From assembly GCF_018350175.1 (NCBI RefSeq), contig NC_058368.1:173726001-173790000 (forward strand): a stretch of DNA of 64,000 bases, read 5' to 3'. The notes below the pieces were generated by a model. That model was given only the letters and a program-made list of their open reading frames with translations. It was not told the origin of the DNA and searched no databases. Below are positions 47,440 to 60,826 of the stretch, piece by piece. The DNA comes from Felis catus. Taxonomy: Eukaryota. The first letter of the stretch is position 1. The number at the start of each line of letters is the position of its first letter. The translations under genes and the position numbers were made by a program.

Positions 47440-50212
47440 CTGAGGAGAGGCCAGGGGCCAGCTCAGAGCCTCCCCAGGCCCCAGCTCTGTACATACAGCC
47501 TCAAGACCACCCCTCTTCTGGCTTCCCAAGGCTCCATCAGCCAGGGGCAAGGAAAAGACAACCTGTTCTGGAGCCAATCAGACCTGGTTAGCTCTGGCTC
47601 TGACAGCTAGGGCTCCCTGGGCAAGTCACTGCCTTCAAGCAGCAGCATTCTCTTCCTCACTGAACTTACCTACTAATAGGTTGTGGCAAAACCCAAGGTA
47701 CCACACGCAATGCACCTTTCACAGGACTGGCATACAAGGTGCTCATTAAATAGTACTCTCTAGTTCTTTTTCCTGGGCTGCTTCCTGCCAATTCCTAGCT
47801 TCCTCCCTGGCCAGTAATGGTGTGGTCAGAAGCCAGGACTCCCTGCCCAGCCTGTGCACAGCCATTCTCCCTTCAGTGTCTCTTGTTCAGTCTGGTCACC
47901 CCATTTTCTTTCCTTGCAAACACCACACTCAGTCCTACCACCACATGGCTGCCCACACAGTACCCTGGGTTGCCTTCTTGTTCCTCTCTGTCCCTCTGCA
48001 CAGTCCCCATTAGTCACACCACATCCTAGTGTTGCTGAATATATTTCTGATACTTGTGGACTCTATGCTCTTTGAGAGTTAGAGCTGTTTACATCTGGAT
48101 CCCCCCCAAAGCCCTCAGCACAATGCCTGGCACATAGCAGGCACTCAACAAGTATTTACTGAGTGCTTACTAGGTGCCAAGCACTGATCTGGGTGCTGGG
48201 GATACAGAGGTGAGCAAGGCAGACAGGGCCCTGCTCTCAAGGAGCTCCCTCTGTAACCAAGACGGACACAGCAGTAACACATAAGCACATTTCAGAAGGG
48301 AAGGAAATCAAATAGAAAAAGTGAAAATGGCTGAGGGTGGCTTTGGATTGGGTCATCTGGGAAGGTCTCCCCGAGGAAGCAGCATATGAGCTGAGTCTGG
48401 ACTAATGAAAAGGAGCTAGCTAAGGGAAGAGGCAGAGAAAAGCATTACAAGCAGAAGGAAGAGCAAGAACACTGTGTTTGAGAAACAGAAGGCAGCCAGG
48501 ATGGCTGAGGGAGGGAGGAAGAAGCCACAACCATCAAGGTTGGCCAGGGCTTGAACACACAGGGGCTGTAAGGCTACAGTGAGGCTGCTGGGGATCCCCT
48601 TAAGGGTTTTAAGCAAGCGTGACATGGGTGTCTGAAAGATACTGCTGGCTGACATTGGGGACAGAAGTGGAAGCAGAAAGACCAGCACAGGGGCTATTAT
48701 AGTACTGGGATGATGGTGGCTTGGATCAAACAGGCAGTGGTGGAAGTGGAGGAAAGTGGACAGATGCAGAATCTATTGGAAAATAGAGCTGAAAGAACTA
48801 GCTAATAAAAGAGGTATACGAAGTGGAGGGGGACGGAAAGAGTCATCAAAGATCCACAAAGGGCCCATCCTTGGCTGGGCTCCAGGCCAGGCATTGGAGA
48901 CCACAGCCATGTGAGTGTTGTGGGAAGGGAACACTCTAGGACTTGAATGGGAGATCTGAATTTGAATCCAGGAGTGACCCTATCAAACCTGGATTGTAAC
49001 CAGTCAGACTCTTGGGTAACATGAAAACACCAAACCCCTTCTTCCAGGGATGGGGAAAATCTTGTTTAAAGAACCAAATTCCAGGTGGATATCAATGTTT
49101 GCCACAATCAGGGAGGAAAGATATAGCCAGGACAGGCCAGCAAGCAAGTGCCTGAGACCAGAAGAACTCGGCCCATTCAGGCCAACAGGTAGGCCCTCAG
49201 AGTCTGATCTCACTACATAACGCTTAACTAAACCTACCCAATCTTTATGGCCTGAGTCCTGTGGCTGGCAAGAAGTCCATTTGTCCCTCCCCTCCAAGTC
49301 TGTAGCTAGACACACGTGGCTAAGTACTGCTGTCCTCTCAATACCCCCTCAGCCAACCCTCTCCTGGGATCCCAAGAAGCCTAACACTGAGGATAGGCGC
49401 TGCCCAGACCCCCTCTGATCACTCACTCAACAAGCTCTCCCAGGTATCTGCTGGAGGCTGGGCCCTAGGGGCCAGACTGGATCAGACCCACCTGTGTCCC
49501 AGATGCTTAGTTACGGACACAGCCTGGTATGTGGCAAAAGCCAGCTCAGAGGAAGAGCCCTTGACCTAGCCTGGGAGTCAGAGATGGCTTCACAGGATAT
49601 CATATTTGACCTAAATCTTGAAGGTGTAGCAGTTTCTCAAGGGAAGAAGGGCTTTCCAGACTGAGGGAACAGTGCAAAGGGCAGAAGAAAATAGCAAGCA
49701 TCCTTCAGAAACAAGCAATGTAGCACGGTACTTAACATCGAGAGCTTAGAGTCAGAGTCTGCATTAGCAGACTGGCAAGCTGGGTGAGCCAGGATAAATT
49801 ATTTAACTTGTTGGGCCTCCCTTTCCTCATGCATGTAACAAGGATAATGACTGTTTCCAGTTTGTTGGAATTGTTGGGAGGATTTTATTACATAATAATG
49901 CCTGTCAAGTGCTTGGCATACAGGAAACTTTAGCTTTTGATATCTCAGTGTTAGGCATGTGAGCTTCAGTAGGGGTGAGGGACAGGCAGTGACCAAGCTG
50001 GAGTTGCCTGATCACAAACGGCCCATCGCTTCAGAAGACAGAGCTTGGACTATATTTGTGCCCCAGAGAGGCAGGGGAAGAATGTCATACAGGGACGTGT
50101 CCTGCTTAGATATGCATGCTGGAGCCACCCCCAGGCAAAGATCCCCCGCTTGGGTCCAGCTGAGATGATGGGGAGATGGGAGGGGAGCGGCGGGGGGGGG
50201 GGGTCTGCTCAC

Positions 50213-50414
50213 TCTCTAGCAGGTCCACCTCGAAGTCCTTGGTGGGCAGCCGGACAGAATTGAAGCCCCAGGTGGGGATGTGGCCTTCCAGCGGTGGCTT
50301 CCCAGACAGCACGCGCAGGAACGTGCTCTTCCCTGAGCCATCCAGCCCCAGCACCAGCACCTCACGCTGCTCCAACTCCTCCAGCGCCGGCTCTTCGTCC
50401 TCCTCGTCTTCAGG
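50213..50414 (-). CDS. ARL10: ARL10 coding exon 2
   Basis: [36 protein letters not shown]...PTWGFN...DLLE; P-loop GLDGSGKS. Confidence 0.95.
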
Positions 50415-50599
50415 CTGTGGAGCACAGGTCAGGTTGCGGCCGGCACCCTCCCTCCGGACCCTCCCTAAAAGAAGACCGAAGACACCAAAGCGTCCATCCC
50501 GCTCCCCACCCGTCAACGGGCAGGCAGGCATGGTCTGGTGCAGTGAGACCAGCGGCGCTGCCTTTGGAGCCCTGAATCCCAAACCCTATTCTCCTGGCT

Positions 50600-51560
50600 T
50601 TCCCTGAGTGACCTCGGTGAAATTCCTTCTCGCGAAATCTCAGCCTCCTCAGACTGGCAATCCCCGCGACCCAGGATAGTAGGTACCACGGACAGGGAAA
50701 AACTCGCAATTCGGCCAAGGGCCGGGAAGGGGGCGGAGGCCTCTCCCAGCATGCCCCAGGCCGCGGGCTGTGCGTACTGCGCAGGCGCCCGGCGAGCGCG
50801 GGCTGGACAGGGCGTGGGCCCGACATCACTCCGGGGCCGCGCCCACTGAGCTCTGGCGCCCACGAGGAAGCCGGGGTCCCGCGGCAGCACAGGGCGGTGC
50901 CAAACACTCCCTGAAATGCCCACCCATCTCTCGGTTCCGGGACTCACGACTGCCTGGCTGCCCGCCGCGCGCCCTTTCGCGAGGGGCTAGCGGGCTGTGG
51001 CGCCAAGTCCCGGACCCAGGCGCTTCCGGCCTCGCGGGGCCGCGTCACACCCCTCAGCTGCACGTGCGGAGATACAGACCCCGGCCCGGCACTCACGTCC
51101 CACTCGTCCCACTCAGGGAGGCGAGGAGGCTCCGCGCCCCACCAGGCCTCGTTCCGGTCCCAGCGCCGCTCCCGTCCGCGCCCGAAGTAGGCCTTCCAGA
51201 GGATGAAGAGTACTGAGCCCAGAACGGCCGCGGCGCCGCCCAGCGCCAGCACCAAGGGGCTCAGCGGCCGCGGAGCCATCGGGCCGGGCGAAGGGCGCGG
51301 GTGCGGGCTGCACAGGCCGAACCAGCCGGCCCGCGGAAGATGGCCCCGCTGCGACTGCCGCGGCCGCGCCCACCCACCCAACCGCAGCCCCGCACTACAA
51401 GGCCCACAATGCACCGCTGCTGTCAGCTACAGGCGGCCAGCGCCGGGGCAGCGGGAGTGGGCTAGCCGACCAGAGCGCGGGGACCTCCCGCCCCCGCTGC
51501 AAGGTGCGGTGTGGAGCGAGAGGCTGTACCTGGGCGTAATGGGAGACGGTGATATTGGCA
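50600..51560 (-). promoter_or_regulatory. ARL10 CpG island / promoter
   Basis: CpG-dense; ZNF143-like ACTACAAGGCCCACAATGCA at 51394-51413; CGGAAGATGGC (ETS/YY1-like) at ~51334. Confidence 0.8.
51097..51279 (-). CDS. ARL10: ARL10 coding exon 1
   Basis: [41 protein letters not shown]...EWDEWD with N-terminal hydrophobic anchor; GAC|GTGAGT donor. Confidence 0.94.
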
Positions 51561-53149
51561 TTTCCCGAGCACTTACTGTATGCCTAGTGGTCAGTTGACC
51601 GCTGTTCTCGGTTATTCTGTAAAGCAGGGCTTCCTAGAAGGAAAAACCGAGGCCCCAGGTCGCATTGTAGTGCATTGGTAGAGACTGCACTCAAACCCAA
51701 AAGGTGTTTTCTGGGCATCCCTCAAGACCTCGGGGAACAAATTAAGACAAGTCACAAGGCTACGGGGTATCAGGTTATGGAGTGTCAGAGGCGGGACTGC
51801 AGCCTGGATCCCAGACGCTTGGTACTCTACCTTCCGTTGGCTGCTTCTCAGACCCCAGGGGTTCTGCTCTCTTGGGGTCTAGGGCATGCTAATGAAGCAG
51901 GCAGGATCAGAAGGCAGTGTTTAGATCTCCTAATCACCTAGTCTTTTGTGACTTCTAGTGACTGCCAAGGTTTCCAGGTGTAGCAGGAGAAACATCCTGA
52001 GGTACTTCAAAGAAGAACTCCATGAAGGGCTGCACGGTGAATAGGTGTCTTTGTTGTAAGCAACCCCAAGCCATCTAGTTGACCCGGGACTCTTGCAGTC
52101 ATTCACAGGTATGCTCAGATCTCTCTTGTTTGGGAAACTGTCCTCCCTCACTGGCTACCTCCTCTCCTTTCTATTACAACCCTACTTCTGGATAATATGC
52201 GTTTCCTATTCCATGCCCCGCCCACTCAGAGAAACTTCTCTCACCTGGGTCTCTGACAAATCCCTCTTTATTAAATCTGTTGGTAACATCTTAGCTCTTA
52301 TTTTGCTCGACCTCCTTGCACCATTTAACACTGTTAAATAGAGTCTTAGCAGAGATGCCATTCAAAACCTGGCCAGGGTGCCAGCTCACTGCTTGAGGGA
52401 TCACCTCCTTGGTAAAACAGGAGTGCAAAGTTCCCAAAGAGAAAAGTTATTATCAGTGAATTTAACCAGAACTTTGCAGTCAGAAAAAAAAATTTTTTTA
52501 GGTTTCTTTTTTGTTTTTTGTTTTTTTTTTTTCCTCAGCTGGAGTTCAGTCATCCTGTTTTGTCACAGTTTCTGCCTGAAAATTTTTCTGTCACTCCACT
52601 TGAGGATGTTGACCAGGCCTTTGTCATCTTGAGGTCTGATGTGCTCAGTCTGACTGAAGCCCAGAGGTCACACTTAAATATTTGCAGAATTGAATGAATT
52701 GCATGTGCTCCTCCCTTGGCTTCTATGATACATTTTTTTCTTGATCTTTTCCCTCCTCTCTGACCAATCCTTTTCAATCTCCTTTTACCTGGCATTGGCT
52801 GCCATTAGCTGAAACTAACTGGACTATTTGGCAAGGAAATTTTGGAAATGGGATTGTCAGGAGTTAGATACAGAGCAAGGCAGGTGAAGGGTGAAAGATG
52901 GAGCCATAAGTAAACAGGCACATGACCAGCACAGTCCACCCTTTTGCATCCAGTTTTACTCTTATATCCATTTTAAACTTTGTGCTTCCACTTACATGAT
53001 ATAATATCCATCATAAAAATAGTCACCCTTTACCTTCTGAAAAAAGGGAAGACAAAGTCCCAATAGTCAATATATCCATCTCTGAGTGATGTTAATTCCT
53101 CTTCAATCATAACCCCATCTGGATATTCTATAATTAAAGATTAAATTCT

Positions 53150-53365
53150 TAAAAAAAATTTTTTTTAATGTTTATTTTTGAGACAGAGGGAGACAGAGCA
53201 TGAGTGGCAAGGGGCAGAGAGAGAGAGGGAGACACAGAATCTGAAGCAGGCTCCAGGCTCTAAGCTGTCAGCACAGAGCCCAACATGGGGCTCAAACCCA
53301 TGAACATGAGATCATGACCTGAGCTGAAGTTGGACGTTTAACCGACTCAGCCACCCAGGCACCCC
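53150..53365 (-). mobile_element. CanSINE
   Basis: TSD TAAAGATTAAATTCT; standard body. Confidence 0.88.
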
Positions 53366-54013
53366 TAAAGATTAAATTCTAAAGATAAACACTGCCAACT
53401 TTCCTTACACAGTCCAACTTCCATATTGCTACGCAGTAGTCTTAACAAAACAAAAGCCGACAATGTCATCTTTAGCTTAAAATTCCTTAGTGGCTCCCTA
53501 TCTCTACCAGGATAAGTACTACATGTCTCTGATGATGGTGCAAGAAGGGCAGCAGGGAACTGACATTTAATGATTACCTACTATATATCAGGCTTTGTTC
53601 TGGTGTAAAGTGTACTGCTATGCAAACATTTGTCCGTCTTCATCTCCTGAGAATTGTTTCCCTAATGATTGAATTAACTGGAAACCTACCATGTTTATAT
53701 GATTCTTGGCACAAATAATTAGTCCCAGGGTAATGACTTGAATCAAGCTGGACGAAGAAGATCCTTTCGTGAGATTCTTAAATTTGGTAAGCAGAGTGTT
53801 GAGATCAATCTGTCTTGGGTGGATAAAGATGTAAAACTTATCAGCTGTAGGCATTTTCCCCACCTGTAAAGAAGAAGGCTTCAGGTCAAAGAGATTGAGG
53901 TAGAGCAGGAAAAACAAAGAAAGAAGGTAGAGTTGGAATCCTGGTACCATTTGCATTCTTGTGCACTTTTGTTCCTAAAGTCCAGGGTATATTTGTGTTC
54001 ACCCCTTTTATAG

Positions 54014-54070
54014 CTTCCTTCCTTCCTTCCTTCCTTCCTTCCTTCCTTCCTTTCTTCCCTCTTTCCTTCC
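54014..54070. repeat. (TTCC)n microsatellite
   Basis: Direct reading. Confidence 0.9.
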
Positions 54071-55059
54071 ATCCTTTTTTTTTTTTTTCATCACTATCTG
54101 GGGAACCACAGTATGCCTGCCCAATCCACAGGAAGTAGTCACAAACAACATGGCATACAATGAGGGGACCCACTATACAGTGAGAGGCAGGACCCTTGAC
54201 CAAAGGGTCCACTCATTATATCATACACCATATCATTCAGAAGTAGCCAGCTTCAGACAACACTGGCTTAACCTTCTGCCTTTCGGTTATACCTTTGTTA
54301 TGCTTTTAAGGCAATTTTCTGAACCTGATCTTCATACTTGCTTATTTCGTCCTTGGGTATATCCACTCTGCTATTCACCACAGCCTTTGAGGGCTTTATT
54401 TAATCTACATTTTTCACATCGGGTTCTGTAGTTGGTTCTTCTTGATGATTTCTTGTTTCCCCCTTGATATTTCCAAAGTCCTCTCTTTTCTTTTTTAGAA
54501 TAATACTTAAAATGCTTATTTTCAGTTGTTGCCCTGCCTAGTCTATTAACTCTGGTGTGTCTGGATAAGATAGTCCTGTATGTTGTCTTTCTCTTGTTGG
54601 GTGTGTGCCCCTCGGACCTCTCTTATCTGTCCCTGTGAGCTCCTCTTTCCTTGGGGCCAGGAGAGGCCTGGAGACTAAAATGCCTAGGGGAGGTGGCATA
54701 GTCCAAGTGTAACTTGAAGTATTCCTGGTGAGTTGGGAAGGAGGCTCTCTGGTGTATAGTCTACACCCCTAGTTGGTATAATCCTGAGCAGACAACTGCA
54801 TCCCTGGAGAACTCTCTATAACTCTCTTGGCCCAGGTAAGACTCTTACTAGAAGTTGCCGCCTCTGATCGCTTTAACTTAGTGCTTGGGTACAGGGAGAG
54901 GGAAGAGGAATGGTGGAAGAGAGGCTGCTAAGGTGCAGGCTGGTTCACTACACTGTAGTTAGTTCTTGAGGTAGAGCAGGTGCCTACCCAGCCACCCAGC
55001 CAGTGTCTTCTCAACCTGCAGTAATGGTGATAGGGCTGGCCAAATCTCCCCAGGGCAAC

Positions 55060-55086
55060 GGGGGGGGGGGGGGGGGGGGGGGGGGG
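55060..55086 (+). repeat. Poly-G run (27 nt)
   Basis: Direct reading. Confidence 0.9.
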
Positions 55087-55746
55087 AAGAAGAAGAAGTA
55101 CATCTGTCCGAAACCCAACGGGGCCTGATTCCCTTCTTAGAGCTCTGGCCTCTTCTGTAATGGGTTGCCATTGTTTACACCCAAGCCCAGCCCTCTTCTG
55201 ATGGCCACAGGGCTGGTTTCTCTGATCTGCCAGCTTCCCTTTGGCTCTCAGGTATCCCTGACCTGGGGCTGCCTTGTGCTATCTGCTATCTGGCCAGCTT
55301 ATCTCCATCTCATAAAAGAGGAAACAAGCTTGGAGGGAGGAAGTGGTTTACCCGAGAACATATATTGAATAACCAAGGCAGCTATGATTTGAACCAGGTC
55401 TGTGTGTCTTGAAAACCATGCTTTTGATATCTTGTTTCTCCCAGTATAGATCCAGGAATCTAGGTCCACTCATTTTATCCAACTTTTCTTTTGAAAAAGA
55501 AGGGAAACTCAAAGGATTGGTTCTGAAGTTTTTCACATGTGTCCTCAGTTGGATTTTAGGATGTTTCAATTTCACAGACATAGATGAGCTCTGGAGTTCA
55601 TCATTTTAATTAATCGACTCTTAATGTTTTTAAATTTTAAAATTATTAAATATGACAAACAAACATGTTCAGATACCCATGTATTGACCAAAATTTGAGA
55701 TTTAGCATTTTGCTTTATTCTCTTTTTTTATTAAAAAGATTTTTCA

Positions 55747-55958
55747 GGGGCACCAGGGTGACTCAGTCAGTTGAACATCTGACTCTTGATTTCTGCTCAG
55801 GTCATGATCCCAGGGTCATGGTATCGAGCTCTGCATTGGGCTCTGTGCTGAATGTGGAGCCTGCTTGGGATTCATTCTCTCTCTCTCTCTGTGTGTCTCT
55901 CCACACCCCCCCCCCCCCCGCCCACTCTTGCATGCTCTCTCTCTCTAAAAAAAAAAAA
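55747..55958 (+). mobile_element. CanSINE
   Basis: GGGGCACCAGGGTGACTCAGTC head, (CT)n, A tail. Confidence 0.82.
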
Positions 55959-56107
55959 ATTCAAACATAACTAGGATGCTATTCCTATCTCCAGGTATAA
56001 CCATTATCCTGAAGTTGATGTGTATCATTCCCATTTATGTTTTTATACTTTTATTATGTACGTATCAAAACTGTTTTTTGAATTTTAATAATATACATAA
56101 ATGGTGA

Positions 56108-56485
56108 TGTGGCATGGTCTGATTGGATAGGGGGCCAAGGCATGGGTGGTGAAAGAATACACCCAAGGCAGAACAAAAGAGATAAAAGTTTATTGAATAC
56201 ACTGCAAAAGAGCAGGAAGGACAGCAAAGGAGAGACTGTCTGCCAGGAGGTGGTGGTAAAGGGCTATAGGTATAGGGCAGAGTGAGGAAGTATGGAACCT
56301 ATGGAATTTTCCCTTTTTTGGTGATCTTAAGAACTATGTGTGGTTGTAATTGGTCAGAGCCTATGGCTATTTCCAGGTGGGTCACTTGATAAACCTTTTT
56401 GCATCAGCTTGTGGTCACTGTGGACACTTTTGCCTTGTTCAAGTTTCTAATGCTCGAGCCTGTTGCCTAAAAAGTGTCCTCTACA
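56108..56485 (-). mobile_element. Solo LTR (family not identified)
   Basis: TG...CA termini, near-perfect 5-bp TSD GGTGA/GGTAA, minus-strand AATAAA ~56190. Confidence 0.6.
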
Positions 56486-56612
56486 GGTAACATACTGTTA
56501 TCTTTTTTTATCCAACTTGACGTTTTTGAGATTAATCCATGTCATACATGGAGATCTAGTTTCATTTCTGATGCTGTGTAGTATTCCCTTGCATGAATAT
56601 ATCACAGTTTAC

Positions 56613-56820
56613 TTTTTTTTTTAAATGCTTATTTATTTTTGAGAGAGAGAGAGAGACAGAGGGCAAGGGGGGAGGGGCAGAGAGAGACACACACAGAATC
56701 CGAAGCAGGCTCCGAGCTGCCAGCACAAGAGCCTGACGTGGGGCTCCAGCTCACACACTGTTGAGATCATGACCTGAGCCAAAGTCAGCCACTTAATGGA
56801 CTGAGCCACCCAGGCGCCCC
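56613..56820 (-). mobile_element. CanSINE within an old L1-like fragment
   Basis: TSD CAC(A/G)GTTTACTTTT; CCCAGGCGCCCC head. Confidence 0.85.
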
Positions 56821-57217
56821 CACGGTTTACTTTTTTATTCTTCTGTTGTTGAAATGGTTGGACTGACTACACGTTTTTGCTCTCACAAACAGTGATGCAA
56901 TGAAGATTGTTATATGCATCTCCTTGAGCACATTTGCGAGGGATGTATGTGTGAAGTATTTCCTGGGAGCAAAATTCCTGAGTCATTCTATTTGTGCATC
57001 TTCAAAGTTAATACTGCCAAATTGCTCTCCCAAATGGTTGTACTAATTTTTAATCCATTCCAAAAACATATTAAGTCTCTATTTCCCCATATCCTTGCCA
57101 ACATATGGTATTATCAAACTTAAATTTTTTTGCAAATCTGATGGAAATGAGCTTCTATTTCTTTGTTTATTGGTGTTTTTCCCATTGGAGTGAGGCTGAG
57201 CAACTTTCTATATGTTT

Positions 57218-57647
57218 TGTTATGCCCTGAATTCGTGATCCCCAAAGACCACTAGGGAGCCGAGTCCGATGCAAAAGCAAAAGAGCCTTTATTCGAGCTA
57301 GCTTGAGCTCAGTCCCCTACCTGCACCGACGCAGCGGTGAGATACCAGGGAGAGAGAGTGAGTTTCAAAAGCACAAAGGTTTTATAGGGGTCTAGGGGCA
57401 GTTGGTGAGGTAACGCCTGTGGCCTCAGCCAATTGGCTGGGGAAGGGTCAGAGTCCTGTTATGAAGGTCGCTGGGCGTGTTTTGATCAGGAAGTTTGAAC
57501 GGGTGAGCGGGAGGTTACTCAAGGGGAGGAGGCGAGGTCTGAGGTTTCTGTGATTTTCCCGGAAAAGGGGTCATGTCGGGGACATAGTCACTCAAGGTGG
57601 AGGACACAGAACAAGATGGAGTCGGCCGGCCTAGGCCCGCCCTTTCA
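57218..57647 (-). mobile_element. Gammaretrovirus-like solo LTR
   Basis: Minus strand begins TGAAAG and ends CA; 4-bp TSD GTTT; CCAAT ~57430, TATAAA 57381-57386, AATAAA 57288-57293; many CpGs retained. Confidence 0.85.
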
Positions 57648-59426
57648 GTTTATTCACCAGTTTTCTTCTGTGTTTGTTCATATCCTTTTACCATTTGTTT
57701 AATTGGCAATTTGGATGAATATCAGTTTATCACCAGTCCCCTACATTAGAAGGTAGGTGCCCTGAGGGCAAGGACTGAGTCACCCAGCACTTAGCACAAT
57801 CTCTGTCCCTTCAATATTCATCAACCCTTTGTTGAGTGGGTGCTGATTGCATCTACTGTGTGCTGACATCTATTCTTTCTGTCATCTCCCCCTTTTCCTG
57901 TGGGAATGCCTCTTCCATCCCAGTCATGAGATTCCTAGGGAAGCTAACATTTTCTAATGTAGCATGCTCCTGGCCACAGATGGTTGGCTGCAGTGGGAGG
58001 GAGCACTGACCCAAGCCAGGGCAAGCATTTGACGCTTTCATACTGCATTTGAGAAATAGCTATACTCTTGGCAGAAGTAAAGCTGGAGAGATATCAGCAT
58101 TCATGTTCGCTACAGACACTGAGAGTATGAAGATAACGTGAAAAGATGAGAAAATTAGAACTTCTGGTTTCAGGTATTCAAGAGGGATTTCTGTGAGTTA
58201 AGTGGGCGGACTGGAGTTGATAAGGTTTTAGAGTGGTGGTGGGGGGGGTCCAGAGCTGCCAGCCAAGAGAGAATTCTTGAAGACATCTTTGGTGCAAAAA
58301 AGTGATTTTATTAAAGCACAGGAACAGGACCCATGGGCAGAAAGAGCTGCACTGGGGTTGTAAAGAGTGACTGGTTATATACTATGGAGTTGGGGGAGGT
58401 AAAGACAAAAGGGAGGCAGGCCTCCAGAAAGACTTTGATACACTAAAGAGGACTCTTAAAATACTGGAGACCTTGCTATTGTCAAACTAAGGTGGTTTTC
58501 CCTCTAGTAATGCATTAGCATTATGACAGTAGGGGGTTCCTAGAGAAATGTTATACTCTGTATTTGCCTCAAGTATTTGTCAATGGGCTGCAGTTATAAA
58601 GAAATTTAATTTTCCCTGCCATTTCCTTCTTGCCTTTGTTCTTCACATCACTATGGAGGGGAGGGTGATATTAGGGGCTCCAGGAAACCGAGTCTATAGG
58701 TTTCTGGAGATTAGGCTATTGAAATGAATGCCTTTTTCTTGTAATTTACTAAGATATTTGTAAACTGATGGAGACTCATGCCCTCATGACTGTGATCTCT
58801 GTCAGTTTCCTATTTGTTTCCTTTCCTTTGTTCTTGGGCATCCAGGAGTGACTGAGGAATCACACGTATCCCACCTAGGGGTTGGGAGTGGGGGTGCTAG
58901 CTTGTGCTTTGCCCTCAACTTGCCTTATGGTCCCTTGTCCGATCCCCCTTAATCAGTTTTGACTTTTAAATCTTTAAAGTTGCTGAAGGTGGAGGGTCTC
59001 ATCTTCTATAGCTTCTTCCTGCTAAATAGCGGTATAGAGATGTCCCTACCTGTGGGTCAACTTTGGTCAGTCTGGGGACGTATAGGAGAGTTATGAAAGG
59101 CGGAAGCAACTGAATTCAAGGTGGACAATGAGTATGAATCTCCTTGAGTAGAAAAGATCATCTGTTGGCTTGAAGTTATTGTAGTGATGGAGTCTTAGCA
59201 TCAGGTGGAGAGACATGGGAGAAAACAGCAAAACATAATTAGAGTAAGAAGAAAGAAACCCCAATAAAAGTCCTTGGTAGTTGACAAAAATTTTCCAGTC
59301 TAGATGTTTAACCAATCATTAAAGGAAAGAGAGGGATTTTTAAAAGTGTCAATTTGAGCATTCATGTTGCTTTGAAATTCAGAAATATTCGTGTGGTAAT
59401 CTGGAATGTATACACAGCATTGTTTT

Positions 59427-60826
59427 GTTTTTGTTTTTGTTTTTGTTTTGTTTTTGTTTTTTTTTTACTTTGAAAACTGTGCATCTCAAAGCAAACTTTA
59501 TTTGTTCAATTATTTTTAACAACAGCGTTTTATGATACACTGATTTTTCAAGAAGGAAACTCATCTTAAAATTTTTTTTTTTAAATAGGCCTGTATTCAC
59601 CTAAAAAAATTTTCCCCCAGCTCTGATCAGATTATTTTGATTTGGGAAGAAAATACCATTTTGACAGCATGAAATGCAAAGTTTAAGTTTTTTTAAACAT
59701 CCCAGTACAGAATTTTAAAAACTATTAATGGAAAATAGGTTAAGGACATTAAGTGCACAACACTAATTATTGGCCACCTAGTGGTGGTATTCGGTTTCTT
59801 CCCTAGTTCTCCCAAGGGAAACTTAAATTCAGTCTTCAGTAGAATGCTCTTTAAAGCAAAATGAGAGCGTTGTTTACATTGTTTTTAGATCTTGCTGTTC
59901 CTAATTTTATTCTGGAACTCAGTTTTACCCCAAACCTTAATTAACATATTAACTTTGTAATGCACAGTTGTATGCAGTTCAGCAAACAGTAATATACTAG
60001 CAGGCTCTATTCACCCAGAGTTCAGGGTAAATAGGATTGGTCACACCCATTTAAAAACAAATCTCACGGGGCGCCTGGGTGGCTCAGTCAGTTGAGCGTC
60101 CGACTTTGGCTCAGGTCATGATCTCACGGTCCGTGAGTTCTAGTCCCGTGTCGGGCTCTGTGCTGACAGCTCAGAGCCTGGAGCCTGCTTCAGAATCTGT
60201 GTCTCCCTCTCTCTGACCCTCCCCTGTTCATGCTCTGTCTCTCCCTGTCTCAAAAATAAATAAACGTTAAAAAAATTAAAAAAAACCCCAAATCTCACAT
60301 TATTTGCCAATGTGTGATTTCCATATAAGTTCTGACAATGAAATATATGGATATATATCTATATACCTTATCTTAATTTTCAAAGATAGGCAAAGGGAGT
60401 TCTTCACAGCTTAGCTTTGCCTGACTGAAGCTGACGATTTTGTAACTCCATAGCCAGACCCATGTTGTCAGTGATTTTCAATTTGCCTTGAAAGAATGCC
60501 GACTGAGGATTCCTTTTACCAGGCGTTAAAGCCAGTAAGTCGAGTCGGCCATCGTGATTGTGCATCTAGTTAGGAAGCACTGACCTTTGCCATTCTTCAC
60601 ATCCACCATCCAGGTGGCTTCTTTACCCCCAGGGCCATCCTTCACCTTGAAGACAAAAAAACCACCAGTTTTCTTCAAGTTCCCTTCGTCTTCAAGTTTC
60701 TTCTCAATCTCCTTAAAGACAAGATTTGCCTTAAATCCATCAAATGTAGAGCTGGTTGGAGCAGCCTCCATTTGATGAGTTCTGAAAGAACTGGCAGCTT
60801 CAGGAAAACCCATCTTGTAGAGCGTC
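59427..60826 (-). pseudogene. SCP2: Processed pseudogene of sterol carrier protein 2
   Basis: Intronless [14 protein letters not shown]...[14 protein letters not shown]...[11 protein letters not shown]...AFFQGKLKI (ATG 60813, stop ~60404) with indels; AATAAA ~59497; degenerate polyA; 16-bp TSD TACACAGCATTGTTTT at 59411-59426 and 60827-60842. Confidence 0.93.
60068..60285 (+). mobile_element. CanSINE inside the SCP2 retrocopy 3'UTR
   Basis: GGGGCGCCTGGGTGGCTCAG head; TSD CAAATCTCAC. Confidence 0.9.

Noticed and set aside
50176..51598. Overlapping ORFs around ARL10 exons 1-2
   Set aside because: Same CpG-island artefact; only the spliced ARL10 frame has recognisable motifs
55060..55086. 27-nt poly-G as a regulatory G-quadruplex
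   Set aside because: No supporting context; long homopolymers are error-prone in assemblies
60526..60813. Functional SCP2 retrogene
   Set aside because: Deletions and frameshifts truncate the sterol-carrier domain
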